64,000 nt of DNA from Nitrosopumilus sp. (GCA_965207445.1 CBDBLX010000002.1:1559849-1623848), one strand, 5' to 3'. Shown: positions 10,037-21,510, numbered from the stretch's first letter. Program-made: numbers and translations. The notes: generated by a model not told the origin, from the letters alone.

Positions 10037-10733
10037 TCAGTATGCATGGGTGTTCATAGGCGAATATGGCATCAGTTTTGTCATTACTCACTCACGTGGT
10101 GCGGTGGTGTTAGATGTACACTGTCCGTTATTTGACATTCGAACCGCGGTGGATGGATACGCCGCATACAACAAATTCAAAACCAAACAGCGCTGCTGGG
10201 CGCATGTTTTGCGCGATGCCGAACTGCTGGCAGCCATGTATGGTGGCAATCTCGTAGAATTGCACAGAACACTCCAGCACATATTTCACGAGGCCAAACA
10301 GCTACTACCAGACACCACAGATCAACAACAACAAAAACAACTGCAAGACAACTGGATAGATCCCGTCATGGCAATTGCAGGCACATATACAGAACTAGTA
10401 ACACTCGTTTGGTGGCAAACTACTCAATGCGGCGCCAGACCTGTTTACATTTGTCAAATATCCGGGCATGCCACCTGCCAACAACAAATCCAAACGATCA
10501 CTGTGGTGGTGGCGCGTCATAATTCACAAAAAGATTCGTCAGATGTTTCGCAGTACAACAGGAATGGAAGTTTATGGTATATTGATGTCATGTATGATGA
10601 CTTGGTATGATCAGGACAAGGATCTTGTAAAGAATATCCATGACACCATTCATGGCAAGATAAATCATTCACCAAACTTCATCGCATAGTAGTAGATGTG
10701 TGTTGAGGTGTACAAGTAGGGGGTTTAACTTAC
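10037..10733 (+). pseudogene. IS66-family transposase remnant (frameshifted C-terminal part) with right end
   Basis: VDGYAAY...QRCWAHVLRD, then in another frame PDLFTFVKYPGMPPANNKSKRSL..VIIHKKIR; GGGGGTTTAACTTAC at 10719-10733 resembles the MITE1 TIR. Confidence 0.8.
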
Positions 10734-11028
10734 AATACCGCACATCATATTTGTTGTGGCAATATGAATTTTTATGTATAACTACATTATAACAGATGGT
10801 ATATTATATGGTAAAGGCTCAACCAAACACATAATTTCCAATATAGGTAAACCATCACACATATGCAAATTATTACAATTTGAACAAGTCACCAATCAGT
10901 ATTCCAACAGTCCAAACATTTGTGTTCTGATGTATAGCACGTTTCACGACCGCACACCTTTCTATTACATCGAATACAGACTCGCATCTGATCCTCAAAT
11001 GGATCATCACGTCCACAAGATGCACATC

Positions 11029-12267
11029 TCATCGCACATCACCTTTTTCATACACATTTAGTACTACTAACATGGGTAATGCAGAACCAGTCATGTATAA
11101 TACAAGTGCACCACCAGCAGTTGATACATGATTGATATTTTTTACCAAATCTAACTTTCTCAAAGCAGTAGACAAGTGACCGCCACTAATAATCGTAGTT
11201 GCCATTGAAGTGGAAATGGCAGATAGTAGTTTGTTAGTACCATGTGTGAATTTTTCTATCTCAAATATTCCAGCAGGTCCGGACATAAACACCATACCAG
11301 CCGATGAAATTATTTTTGAAAAATACTCGACTGTCTTTGGACCTATATCAGAAATTTTAACATTTTTAATATCATCACTTTGACCAAACCCGAATGTTTC
11401 TCTTACATCAACATCAATACGTTCATTCTCAACATCCAAACCTAGATCAATTGGAGTATGAATTTTACCAGGATAATTTTCCATCAATATGTGGGCTTTT
11501 TTTACTAGTTCAGGATCGCGTATCTCAGGTGTGCTAGATACAGTAGGATCAAGTCTAGCTTGTGCATTTAAAAATAAACAACCAATAGAACCAGTTAAGA
11601 GAATATGATCTGCCATGCCATTTTCTAAAAACAGCGTCATTGCATTCAATCTATCTTTTATCTTAGAGCCACCCAATACAATTACGCGTGGAGATTTTGT
11701 GACGCTTTTAATTTTTTCAAGATTAATAATTTCATCACCTATCGATAAACCAGCATACGTATCAATACCTATACTAGGAAAACCGGTTATTGATGGATGT
11801 CGTCTATGTGCACATGGAAATGCATCTAATACACACGCATCTATAAAACGGCTCAGTCTTTTGACAAATATTGTTTTTGAGCTTTCTATGTTAGTTTTGT
11901 AATCAACATTTTCTTCAGCACAGAATCTTAAATTATCCAAAAGAATGATATCACCATTTTTCATGTTTTGTATGGCATTGATTGCGCAATCTCCAATCAC
12001 ATCTCGAACATATTTTACCCTACGGCCACACTCTTTTGTTAATATCTCAGCGTGTTCATCAAGTTCAATAAATTCTTCATTCGTTACTCTACCTTGGTGG
12101 GTTGCCATAACTACCTTTGAATCTTTAAGATAATCCAAGTTTTTAACAATCTGTTTAATACGACCAGTACCATGTATACGACCACCATAGATTGGACAGT
12201 TTATATCAACTCGTAAAAAGACAGTCAGGTTTTGTAATTGGTCGTGATAATCTTTTAATAATTTCAC
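11029..12267 (-). CDS. pgk: Phosphoglycerate kinase
   Basis: FLRVDINCP, THQGR, LDNLRF, LGGSKI, DIGPKT and HVSTAGGA motifs. Confidence 0.97.
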   Translation of the reverse strand: MKLLKDYHDQLQNLTVFLRVDINCPIYGGRIHGTGRIKQIVKNLDYLKDSKVVMATHQGRVTNEEFIELDEHAEILTKECGRRVKYVRDVIGDCAINAIQNMKNGDIILLDNLRFCAEENVDYKTNIESSKTIFVKRLSRFIDACVLDAFPCAHRRHPSITGFPSIGIDTYAGLSIGDEIINLEKIKSVTKSPRVIVLGGSKIKDRLNAMTLFLENGMADHILLTGSIGCLFLNAQARLDPTVSSTPEIRDPELVKKAHILMENYPGKIHTPIDLGLDVENERIDVDVRETFGFGQSDDIKNVKISDIGPKTVEYFSKIISSAGMVFMSGPAGIFEIEKFTHGTNKLLSAISTSMATTIISGGHLSTALRKLDLVKNINHVSTAGGALVLYMTGSALPMLVVLNVYEKGDVR

Positions 12268-12682
12268 AAGTAGATTTTGATCTCATATTTTTATAAATGA
12301 ACCGCTTATGTTTAATCGTGTATAAAGTACAGATTCAGATAAATTATCATATATGGTAACAAACGCATGGAAATAAACATATTATGAAACTATTCAATTG
12401 TATGTAAAGCCGGCCAAGATATATGTTAAGAAAATTTGTGAATTAAATTGTCCTGTAAGTATCTACATGTGATTATTATAAGTGATTCTTCAATTTGGTA
12501 CTAAAATGCGCAGCATATGTAAGGATATGATTTTTCTTTAGGATGATTCGAATATGTATCTATACGAGTATTAAATCTCAATACTATGCGTCATCCATTC
12601 ATTAGAGTCACTGCAATTAATTCCCCAAGCATTAAATCTCACACTTGTAGCGACGCTCACAAGTCTTAGCACAGATCAAATA

Positions 12683-12763
12683 GTAACCGTTCAACCCCCG
12701 TACTTGCGCTAGATGTTAGGTGGTGAATTTGCGCCTAAATTTGGAAAAGTATTGAACGGTTAC
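12683..12763. mobile_element. MITE family 1 copy
   Basis: GTAACCGTTCAACCCCC...TTGAACGGTTAC, 81 bp. Confidence 0.9.
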
Positions 12764-13394
12764 CATATACTTAATGTAAGTTATTTATACATATATGTAT
12801 ATATTAATTAATAATCACATTTTAAACTATTACAAAATTTGAGTTTTGTTGTTTTTTGAGTTTATTTGTACTATAATCTAAGTGACATTTTTTGAATACT
12901 GCCGTGTCACTTTAATTACACATATCATCTAATGAAAAAAAAGAGGAGAGATGAAGGGTAGCAAATATACCAACCCAAAAGGTAAGAAGAAAAGATAAAC
13001 GCAATCAATCTCCGTCTGAGATCAACCATGATATTCCAATCAAATCTTCCCATGCTTCACCAGTATTGTCTTTTTCTTGCATAAATGCAATTATACTAAA
13101 CACTATATAACGAGCAAGAATGATTTATTCATTTTATCATCACGCATATCTTAAAATATTTTATATTCATATTTTTTTTGAGCAAGTGTAAATTTTTACT
13201 ATGGGGTATACATGTACAGGATAGATAAATTTCTGAGTGTACTTTATTACGTGCGTTATGAATATTTGCCATCAACAACAACCATACGTCTTTGTTCTAT
13301 TTTTTATCTTATTTAGAATTACATCAATTGTATCTTACCTGTTATGACAAGTACAAGAAATGTAATATCTAAAACATATTACAGATAAAATCAA

Positions 13395-13883
13395 TCAAGA
13401 TGCAAGCTTAACTGCATCAGAGTCATTTGCAGTCTTTTCATAGTGAAATTCTTGTCGCTTTAGGTCTTTTTCTGAAATTATACGACATTTTTTCATCGAT
13501 ACGAGACGTGACACCTGCTCATACGTACCCATATCTCTAACATCAGATGCAAATGCAATCTGCATGAATGGTGCTCTCTCAAGAATCATAGATTTTGCCT
13601 GCTCATATCCACTTCTCTGTTTCATACCAGTGCGAAACAATCCAAGTTGTTCATCATCTTTTGAGACTTGAGGGTCTTGATAACAGCATATAGCAAACTC
13701 ATCATCTATTTTTTCGATTATGGTCAGACGAGTAAACTTGTCACACCACTTTCCAACTGTTCTTGCAACCATAGTTGCAAGTTTCATATCCTCAAAGACA
13801 AGAGATATTACAAGTCGATCTTTTTCATAAGCCCAAGATATGCCATAAAACAAAGTCTGCCAATTGATAGAAAATGAAGGCAT
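13395..13883 (-). CDS. Hypothetical protein
   Basis: 162-aa ORF with ATG start and globular composition. Confidence 0.75.
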   Translation of the reverse strand: MPSFSINWQTLFYGISWAYEKDRLVISLVFEDMKLATMVARTVGKWCDKFTRLTIIEKIDDEFAICCYQDPQVSKDDEQLGLFRTGMKQRSGYEQAKSMILERAPFMQIAFASDVRDMGTYEQVSRLVSMKKCRIISEKDLKRQEFHYEKTANDSDAVKLAS

Positions 13884-14017
13884 GTATCTATTGTATTTGA
13901 CCTCAAATTAATAATTTTGCGACAAATCAAGAACAATGCAGATAATTAATGAACATGGTATGGTTTTAAAATAGAAAAAAATCAACTAGCAAAATAGAAA
14001 AAATGTAGGTATATTGA

Positions 14018-14623
14018 TTATGATTGAAAAGTATTCTTGTCATTTGATGTAGTGTCTTTCTTAGCAAAAGCATCAAAAGTACTTTCATTACGAGACACAT
14101 GTCCTCGATATCTGCCGCTGCCGCTACCACGACTAGCACCTCTTCTATTTGGTAGACGATTACTATCACGTCCCATTCTACGACCACTAGTTTTATTGTT
14201 GTCGGGTTTGTTAGAATTTTTGGTTTGTGTAGAATTAGAGTTGTTATCTTTTGTGTTGTTATTGTTTTTATTATTATTATTGTTAAAGTTTTGAGAACCA
14301 CTTTTATCATGTTGTGTCTGTTTTTCGAATTTACGCTTTTTGCCCATGTTTAACACCTCATATTTTTTATCAGCCTCGCAGATCTTCATCTCACCAGACA
14401 CTGGATCATGCATAGTTTCTAATCCACCTTCTGAGAGTAATAATCCTATAATATTCCATGTTTCAGATTCAGTAATATCAAACTTTGAGGTAATTGTAGA
14501 GAATTTTGTAAAATAACCATTTCGTGAATTTCTCAAGATAAATGATTCTATTTTTTTTTCCAAGGACATTTCGGGGCGCTTTTTGAACTTTCCAGACGAA
14601 CGCTTTGGTCTCATACCACTCAT
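14018..14623 (-). CDS. Hypothetical protein, possible winged-helix N-terminus with a basic N/G/R-rich low-complexity tail
   Basis: 201-aa ORF; TATA-like AT run ~25-30 nt upstream of the ATG. Confidence 0.75.
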   Translation of the reverse strand: MSGMRPKRSSGKFKKRPEMSLEKKIESFILRNSRNGYFTKFSTITSKFDITESETWNIIGLLLSEGGLETMHDPVSGEMKICEADKKYEVLNMGKKRKFEKQTQHDKSGSQNFNNNNNKNNNNTKDNNSNSTQTKNSNKPDNNKTSGRRMGRDSNRLPNRRGASRGSGSGRYRGHVSRNESTFDAFAKKDTTSNDKNTFQS

Positions 14624-14741
14624 TATAATTAATTTAAAACTTAGGACTATTTAATATGTGGTAATTACTTTTGAGACACTAAAAAATACCAAATAATAAA
14701 AAATTGAAATCTGTATTGTAAACACACAAGTATTAAGATGC

Positions 14742-14942
14742 GGTAGTTTGCGACTAGAACAGTCGCTACCACCTACCACTGTTAGATGTCATATTCAATG
14801 GCGTGCAGTTGACAGAGGGGATTTCTGTCGCACTGCAAAAGGACCGGTCGTTTTAGCAAACGCAAATCCCAAGCCAATTGAATGCAAAGTCAAGTGGTCT
14901 GACTATATACCAATGTTGATCCTTTGGAGATCAGTAGGTGGC
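14742..14942. ncRNA. Candidate structured non-coding RNA (multi-helix with pseudoknot), family not recognised
   Basis: Eight complementary segment pairs found by eye (listed in findings); locally GC-richer than flanks; no convincing ORF. Confidence 0.55.
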
Positions 14943-15195
14943 ACATTAGGCAGAATACACCTTACTTTATGTCTGCTATGTTATATTATACAGATTTTTG
15001 TATATAACGATGCGCAGTGTAATATTATTGTGTCAATTGTGGACAAAAGTTACATCTCACCTACGTCTCATCCCCACAACACATGAATGCGATTCACAAA
15101 CGCGCCAGACTAGTCATCCAGGTAATCATTTGACCGCTTTCTCACCTCTACCATTCCCATTAATAGTCTGAGAAGGTTATATGCAACTTTGACTT

Positions 15196-15240
15196 GTAAC
15201 AATTCAACTATCTCACTTTAGGCACATATTTCACCACTTT
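15196..15240. mobile_element. Degenerate partial MITE family 1 copy next to a transposase C-terminal scrap
   Basis: gtaacaattcaac...tttaggcacatatttcacc; the adjacent minus frame reads VKVAYNLLRLL. Confidence 0.55.
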
Positions 15241-15479
15241 GTCTTAATGTATAGATTAATTTAAATATGAGAAAAAATATTATCATAAAACCTAAAATCT
15301 AAATTATTTTATTTATTCATATTTAAATTTTAAATGAATATATCAGTCAGGAAGGTTGGTTCACACAAACATAGAGATGATATATGGCACTTTTAGCCCA
15401 CCACACCATATTCGTCTATTTTGGAATCAGTAGTGCTGAGATTTACCTTTACAGATGAGCACATGAATCTTTTTTGGCG

Positions 15480-15700
15480 GCCTGCGCTTTCAAAATCTTT
15501 TAAATTCACTCAAATATGTGAATTGTCAATAAATTTGTACACGGCGTTTAGATGGGTCATTTTGCCAGCAGTATTCTGACTGTGTTATCAACTGCTCACT
15601 TGAGTATATCCCATACCTCTTTTATCGTATTCATATAAGGATATCCAGAAATTATATACTTGTGTAGCACAATAATATAACCACATAAATTATATACGAT
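15480..15700 (-). pseudogene. IS630-type transposase C-terminal remnant
   Basis: Minus frame SGYPYMNTIKEVWDILK*AVDN resembles the IS630 SPxLNPIExxWxxLK motif. Confidence 0.5.
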
Positions 15701-15810
15701 TAAGCAACAGAACCATATTCATACTTAAGATATTTTGCAGTGAATATTAGACACAGGGTACCGTAGATTATACAGTTTGTTTTACACTCTTACTTTTCTA
15801 ACTGTGACAT

Positions 15811-16071
15811 TCATTTTTCTAGTTTGGCAATATCCAAACCATCTTGCTCTAACATACCGAATATATCTGGTATTATGGTGGTATCTTTGGCGACTATATT
15901 CAGTCTATTTTCTATTGTGGACAAACGAGCGTCAACATCATCTAGTCTTTTTGAAATATAGTCAAATTTACTGTTCAGTTTATTTATCAACTCTTTATTC
16001 AACTGAGTAATTAAATTTCCATTAGCAATGTTAATTGCATCCAACACAAATTTTTTGTCATCATCATTCAT
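15811..16071 (-). CDS. Small coiled-coil hypothetical protein
   Basis: Heptad-like LDDVDARLSTIENRL; TTTAAA ~25 nt upstream. Confidence 0.65.
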   Translation of the reverse strand: MNDDDKKFVLDAINIANGNLITQLNKELINKLNSKFDYISKRLDDVDARLSTIENRLNIVAKDTTIIPDIFGMLEQDGLDIAKLEK

Positions 16072-16113
16072 ACAATATTGTCTCCATAAAATAATTTAAA
16101 GGTTTGAAGAGAC

Positions 16114-16323
16114 TGGATCCTTTGCATTAATCGCGGGTAACTTGCACGTTACTGCCATTGTCGCTTGTGCGACATTGATGCGCCCCGTAATATCACTGTC
16201 GTTACATGACAGACTCAAGACCCTTGGATTCACATGGTAAGATTATGCAGACTCAGGCCACTGCTCCTCCCATGGCTGCCACGCCAGCATTGCCGATGAG
16301 TGTAATCATTTGTTATTACCGTG
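16114..16323 (+). ncRNA. Second candidate structured RNA, possibly a non-coding part of a mobile element
   Basis: About ten helices; five G-U pairs work only on the + strand. Confidence 0.4.
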
Positions 16324-16328
16324 TATTG

Positions 16329-16477
16329 GTGTGAACCAAGCTCATTGGGCACAATAATGAAATCACATACTTATATTTGGTTACATTCGTGCCCGCATAT
16401 CGAATATCGTGCATGCGATACATTTAGCTAGGAGTTGTTTTTGAATAATCATGTCAGTCATGGAGGTTGGTTTACAC
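16329..16477. mobile_element. MITE family 3 copy (~148 bp, TIR GTGTGAACCAA)
   Basis: Homologous to the copies at 31531, 60058 and 61635. Confidence 0.88.
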
Positions 16478-16574
16478 GGTATATGGAATTTTCATTTTTG
16501 TCTCAAAAATGACTAGTCTCAAAAATTACTAGTCTCAAATCTAATCTCAATTCATCGACTCTAAAATAAACTTG

Positions 16575-17210
16575 TCATTTTTTTAATGTGGCAAACATCT
16601 TATCATACTTTGATTGTACATCAGTATTACACCCAAAAGTAGTCTCAGAATCATAATCTAAGCGCATCTTTTCAAGTGACTCACCCAACTTGTGAATTAT
16701 CGGCTCTATAACAAGAGCAGAGTCATTTTTTGCAAATTGCTTGCGTTGTTCTTCGTTTTTGCCTCGTGTAGGAAAATACTTTTTGTATAAATGGTCACGT
16801 ATACCATCTATCTCTTTGCGCATTACAATTTCACCAAGATCAAAGTGTCCTTGCTGATGATTTAACTCTGCATCATTGCAATCAGGACGCGCCCATGACA
16901 AACATGACCAAAACTCTGTTGCAATATCAAGGCGTGTAATCACAAAGAATATCTCACCTACTGTACGTTCTTTGTCTTGTGCATATGGTACGGCAAAATT
17001 ATCAAAAGTCTCAGAGTCATTACCGAACCCTTGTTCGTTTGTATAATGTTGCTGCTCTGCATTTACATATACAGAACCCACAGTCCAATGCGGCCTGTAT
17101 CGTATTGCACTGTATGCATCTTGAAACTCTGCAGGGTTTGCATCGGCCTTAAAGTCAGACCACTCAAGTAATTTATCAGGGAACCATTGTACAACATCAT
17201 GCTCTGACAT
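16575..17210 (-). CDS. DUF922-like hypothetical protein (putative Zn-peptidase fold)
   Basis: LEWSDFK...SWARP...LNHQQGHFDLGE...YDSET; the Glu of HExxH is replaced by Gln. Confidence 0.6.
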   Translation of the reverse strand: MSEHDVVQWFPDKLLEWSDFKADANPAEFQDAYSAIRYRPHWTVGSVYVNAEQQHYTNEQGFGNDSETFDNFAVPYAQDKERTVGEIFFVITRLDIATEFWSCLSWARPDCNDAELNHQQGHFDLGEIVMRKEIDGIRDHLYKKYFPTRGKNEEQRKQFAKNDSALVIEPIIHKLGESLEKMRLDYDSETTFGCNTDVQSKYDKMFATLKK

Positions 17211-17565
17211 AAATTATATCTATAATTCCCATTTATGTTCTTGTAGAAAATCACCAAAATGTCATACAATACCATAAAAGACACACAGATGTCAAAAAGT
17301 CTAGACAGCACAGCAGTTAAAAAAAATAGAGTTGTGTGTGTGTTTTTTTGTTACTTACAAATCCACATACAACATGTACTTGAAAAAAATGTTGCAATCA
17401 TCTGCAAGCAGAGTTATGGTTCTATTCGCCCACTTTTCGTCTGCAAACATAATTTACGTATAGTGGGAGAATCATTACAACATGCATCATTTTGATCTGA
17501 GATTATATTATGTTAAGATGAAAAGTCAATGATTTAATACCAATTCATAAACACGACAAATATCA

Positions 17566-19239
17566 ATGCTAGATCACATACCATACCCATTTGTACCACG
17601 TCAAATTCAACTAGAAATATTTGATCAGATCGAGGAATGTATAGGCTCAGGATATACCAAAATCATATTGTGTGCACCAACAGGAGTAGGCAAATCACTG
17701 ATAGGTGTTACGATAGCACGTAAATTTGGCAGCTCATTTATAGTGACAGCATCAAAAAATCTGCAGAATCAATACGTAAATGACTTTAACTTTTTAAAAT
17801 CAGTCAAAGGAAAGTCAAACTTTCCATGCCATCAGACGATGACAGATAAGAGAGTCGACGATCCTATATTTGCAGTACGTCAAGGTATGACATGTGAAAA
17901 AGGAAAGTGTGTCACAAAAAAGATTACAAACGGCAAGACAGAGACCATCACATGTAGATTCAAGCCCACAATACAAGAGGTAGAAGTAGATGACAACATT
18001 ACACCAGAAACATGCAAGTATTATCTACAAAAATACAGAGGACTTGTACACGACCACTCGCTATGGAACTATGCGTCATTCTTTCAAGTTGTTAAATTTA
18101 ACAAAAAAATATTCGCAAAGCATCTAGATAGAAATGTTGCCGTATTTGATGAGGCTCACACAATTGAAGAACAAATAGTACAATTTATCGGATATGACAT
18201 AAAGCAACGTCAGGTAGAGGATGCAAACATTGCAATTGACAGGTATGATCTTGACAATACAGATGAAATTCTTTCAATTATAACTGAAATTTCAAAGCAT
18301 TATTCAGAACGTATAAAGGATATAGAAGAGACGGCAGATCCTCAAACACATCCAGAATATGGTATACTTAGTAGACTCCAGAGTAATTATGAGGCAGCAG
18401 CACAAGCCAAGATAGACATTACAGCAGACAAGGAGAATTTTATTGCAAATAAACCCGAAATGGACATTAACAACAAGCTCAAAACATTGTCAATAAAACC
18501 AATAGACATATCGGGGTATTTAGAAGAGTTCCTGATTGCAGAAAATAACGTATTCATGTCAGCTACTATAGACAAGGCAAGTTTTTGTGAGAATATGGGA
18601 CTTGACCATGATGATGTGGCAATAATTGACACTCCAAAATCACCATTTTCAGTTGAGAGTAGAGCAGTAGAGATCTCACGTATTAGGCATCTTAATTATC
18701 AAAGCACGTATGAGGATGAAAAGGCAGTCATAAAGGCAATTGATGATATAATGGATACATATTCAGACAAACGTGGATTGATTTTAACGTCATCAATAGC
18801 AAGATGTTACAAAATACTCAATGAACTCTCACCACACAACAAACAAAGAGTGCGCATATGTCACAGTACCAACCCAAATGGCAAGACACAAGGTGAGATT
18901 ATAAATGAACATAAAAATGATCCTGATGGAGTATTGTTATCATCATCATTGTGGGAGGGAATCGATCTCAAAGACGATCTTTCCAGATTTCAAATTATTG
19001 CAAAGGTGCCATATCCAAATTATGCAGAGAACAGGACACGTATCAAGATGAGGAGGTTTCCAAGCTGGTATCAGTCACGTACATTGACTAAAATGCTACA
19101 AGGTATGGGACGTTCTGTGCGAAACGACGAGGATTGGGCCAAGACATACATACTTGATGGGGCAGTTGATAAATTGCTCAGAATGAGAAACATGATACCA
19201 AAGTCATATCATGATGTACTTGGGATGGATACTCAATAG
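17566..19239 (+). CDS. XPD/Rad3/DinG-family ATP-dependent DNA helicase
   Basis: APTGVGKS, four Fe-S-type Cys, DEAH, MSAT, WEGIDL and QGMGRSVR motifs. Confidence 0.93.
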   Translation: MLDHIPYPFVPRQIQLEIFDQIEECIGSGYTKIILCAPTGVGKSLIGVTIARKFGSSFIVTASKNLQNQYVNDFNFLKSVKGKSNFPCHQTMTDKRVDDPIFAVRQGMTCEKGKCVTKKITNGKTETITCRFKPTIQEVEVDDNITPETCKYYLQKYRGLVHDHSLWNYASFFQVVKFNKKIFAKHLDRNVAVFDEAHTIEEQIVQFIGYDIKQRQVEDANIAIDRYDLDNTDEILSIITEISKHYSERIKDIEETADPQTHPEYGILSRLQSNYEAAAQAKIDITADKENFIANKPEMDINNKLKTLSIKPIDISGYLEEFLIAENNVFMSATIDKASFCENMGLDHDDVAIIDTPKSPFSVESRAVEISRIRHLNYQSTYEDEKAVIKAIDDIMDTYSDKRGLILTSSIARCYKILNELSPHNKQRVRICHSTNPNGKTQGEIINEHKNDPDGVLLSSSLWEGIDLKDDLSRFQIIAKVPYPNYAENRTRIKMRRFPSWYQSRTLTKMLQGMGRSVRNDEDWAKTYILDGAVDKLLRMRNMIPKSYHDVLGMDTQ

Positions 19240-19439
19240 ATACCCGTTGATCATTATAGTACCTACATTAACCCATTTCATTCATCTGTAATTTATTAGA
19301 TGATACAAGATCATTTCAGACTGTCAAATTAGATGATTATGTCACAATTCCAAATAGGATTCGGAGATTAAACATGCATATAATCAAAGCAGACATGAAA
19401 TCAAATATTCTAGTAAAAATTATCCAGTGATTCTACAAA

Positions 19440-21197
19440 TCAATCACGCGGTGTTGTAGTTGCTCCTTGTGCTGCAGATCCGACAAGGGATGCAAATTTT
19501 GCAAGTGCACCCACAGTGTAATTGGGTTTTGGTCTCACCCACTTGGCGCGTCTAGCAGTCATCTGCTCATCTGATACACCCACAACATCAATACGACTAG
19601 CATCAATATCAATAATTATTTTATCGCCATCCTCAAGCAGTGCAAGTGGCCCACCTACGTAAGCCTCAGGTGCAACGTGTCCGACCATAAAGCCCCTAGT
19701 TCCACCTGAAAACCTGCCATCTGTGACCATTGCAACATCTTTTCCGAGTCCTTGGCCCACCAATGCAGCAGTAGTTGCAAGCATCTCTCTCATACCAGGT
19801 CCACCTTTTGGACCTTCATATCGTATCACAACCACATCACCTGAAACGATCTCGCCTTTAGATACCATATAAAACGCATCATCTTCTCGATCAAAGACTC
19901 GTGCTGTGCCCTCAAATTTTCTCATCTGAACACCGGCAGTTTTAATTACAGCACCATCAGGTGCAAGTGATCCTTTGAGTATAACAGCAGTACCAGTATT
20001 ATGAATTGGATTCTCAACTGTACGCAATATACCAGGCGCATACTGTAGTTGATTTATTTGATCATTATTTTTAAGATCAGTGTTTGGTGGGGGATTCAAA
20101 GTCTTTTGTGCATTATTAATTATACTTTTTAGATTCTCTGATCTAAGATTTTCTGATATGGTCTTGCCCGTGACGGTAATACAGTCCCCATGCAATAATC
20201 CAGCATCAAGTAAACGTTTCATTACAATTGGAATTCCACCGATCTTATCAAGTGAATTCATTACATAGTTTCCACCAGGTTTCATATCTGTAATGTGAGG
20301 CGTCTTTTTGCGTACACGCTCAAAATCATCATAAGTGAGATTCACACCAACCTCCCGTGAGAGTGCAAGTAAATGCAGTATTCCATTTGTAGAACCGCCA
20401 ACTGAATTTAACATTGCAATGGCATTCTCAAATGCCTCAAAACTTAAAATGTCACGTGGTCTAATATTAGACTCGAGTAACTTTACACAAGCCACACCAG
20501 TGTCATATACCATCTGCTCACGTCTTGCATCTTCTGCAGGCGGACTCGCGCTTCCAGGCAGTGCAAGCCCTATTGCCTCTGATATTGATGCCATTGTATT
20601 TGCAGTAAACATGCCACCACAGGAACCAGCGCTAGGACACGCAGTATCTTCTATACGTTTTAACTGCTCAAGTGATATATTTCCAGCATCATACGAGCCG
20701 ACTGCTTCATAAACATCAACTATTGTTAACTCATCTCCATCAAGCATACCAGGCATTATCGTCCCACCATACACAAAAACAGATGGAAGATTGAGTCTTG
20801 CCATCGCCATCATTGTACCAGGCAGGCTCTTGTCACAGCCCGCAATACCCACTAGTGCATCATATTGGTGCGCACGCATCATTAATTCAATAGAATCAGC
20901 AATTACCTCACGAGATACCAGAGACGATTTCATCCCTTCATGTCCCATTGCAATGCCATCACTCACAGCAATAGTGGAAAACTCCCTAGGTGTTGCACCT
21001 GCATCAGATACACCTTTTTTTGCTTTAAGAGCCAATTGTGGAAGATGTATGTTGCAAGGAGTCGCCTCGTTTCCAGTGTGACAGACACCTACAAACGGCT
21101 TTTGGATATCATCATCTGAAAGTGACATTGCCTTGTACATTGCCCTGTGCGGTGCTCTAGCAGTACCACTGACTACATTTCTACTCGATATTTCCAT
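19440..21197 (-). CDS. ilvD: Dihydroxy-acid dehydratase
   Basis: [43 protein letters not shown] and TDGRFSGG motifs. Confidence 0.97.
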   Translation of the reverse strand: MEISSRNVVSGTARAPHRAMYKAMSLSDDDIQKPFVGVCHTGNEATPCNIHLPQLALKAKKGVSDAGATPREFSTIAVSDGIAMGHEGMKSSLVSREVIADSIELMMRAHQYDALVGIAGCDKSLPGTMMAMARLNLPSVFVYGGTIMPGMLDGDELTIVDVYEAVGSYDAGNISLEQLKRIEDTACPSAGSCGGMFTANTMASISEAIGLALPGSASPPAEDARREQMVYDTGVACVKLLESNIRPRDILSFEAFENAIAMLNSVGGSTNGILHLLALSREVGVNLTYDDFERVRKKTPHITDMKPGGNYVMNSLDKIGGIPIVMKRLLDAGLLHGDCITVTGKTISENLRSENLKSIINNAQKTLNPPPNTDLKNNDQINQLQYAPGILRTVENPIHNTGTAVILKGSLAPDGAVIKTAGVQMRKFEGTARVFDREDDAFYMVSKGEIVSGDVVVIRYEGPKGGPGMREMLATTAALVGQGLGKDVAMVTDGRFSGGTRGFMVGHVAPEAYVGGPLALLEDGDKIIIDIDASRIDVVGVSDEQMTARRAKWVRPKPNYTVGALAKFASLVGSAAQGATTTPRD

Positions 21198-21297
21198 ACA
21201 GTTTCAATACAGATAGTCATTATAACATTGCCTATTGGTTTGTTGTTGATGTGTGTTGTAATTGAAATTGTTGTTGGTAAGAGTGGGAACTTTGCCA

Positions 21298-21510
21298 TTA
21301 CTGCTCCATGACAAGCATGTTAAAGTCAGTTGTGCGTCCGTTCGCTTCGGCTGCACATTCCATTGCCTCTCTCACATTACCCATCACCTCACCAAATGTC
21401 TCACCCTCTGATACTGCGTGGAGCTCGTCACAAGTACCTACGAATCCGCCTTCCTCAAGATCTTTGGTTAACACAACCGTGTATGTCTTTTTTTGTACCG
21501 TAGTGCTCAT
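21298..21510 (-). CDS. hicB: HicB-family antitoxin (short form)
   Basis: YTVVL..D.EEGGFVG.C.EL.AVSEGET.GE...NVREA matches the HicB N-terminal fold. Confidence 0.8.
   Translation of the reverse strand: MSTTVQKKTYTVVLTKDLEEGGFVGTCDELHAVSEGETFGEVMGNVREAMECAAEANGRTTDFNMLVMEQ

Noticed and set aside
12270..13390. 1.1-kb gap without a credible ORF
   Set aside because: AT-rich decayed DNA containing one MITE; no gene or structure I could support.
14742..14965. RNase P or SRP RNA identity
   Set aside because: The GAGGAA-type P4 strand and the SRP helix 8 GGAA/AGCAG motif are absent on both strands.
15100..15195. GACTA/TAGTC pairing resembling group I intron P7
   Set aside because: No P3-P6 core or host gene; the minus frame reads as a transposase C-terminus beside a decayed MITE.
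16245..16305. CTCCTCCC resembling an HDV-like ribozyme L3
   Set aside because: Could not build a full P1 or the P1.1 GG pair; kept only as a generic structured candidate.
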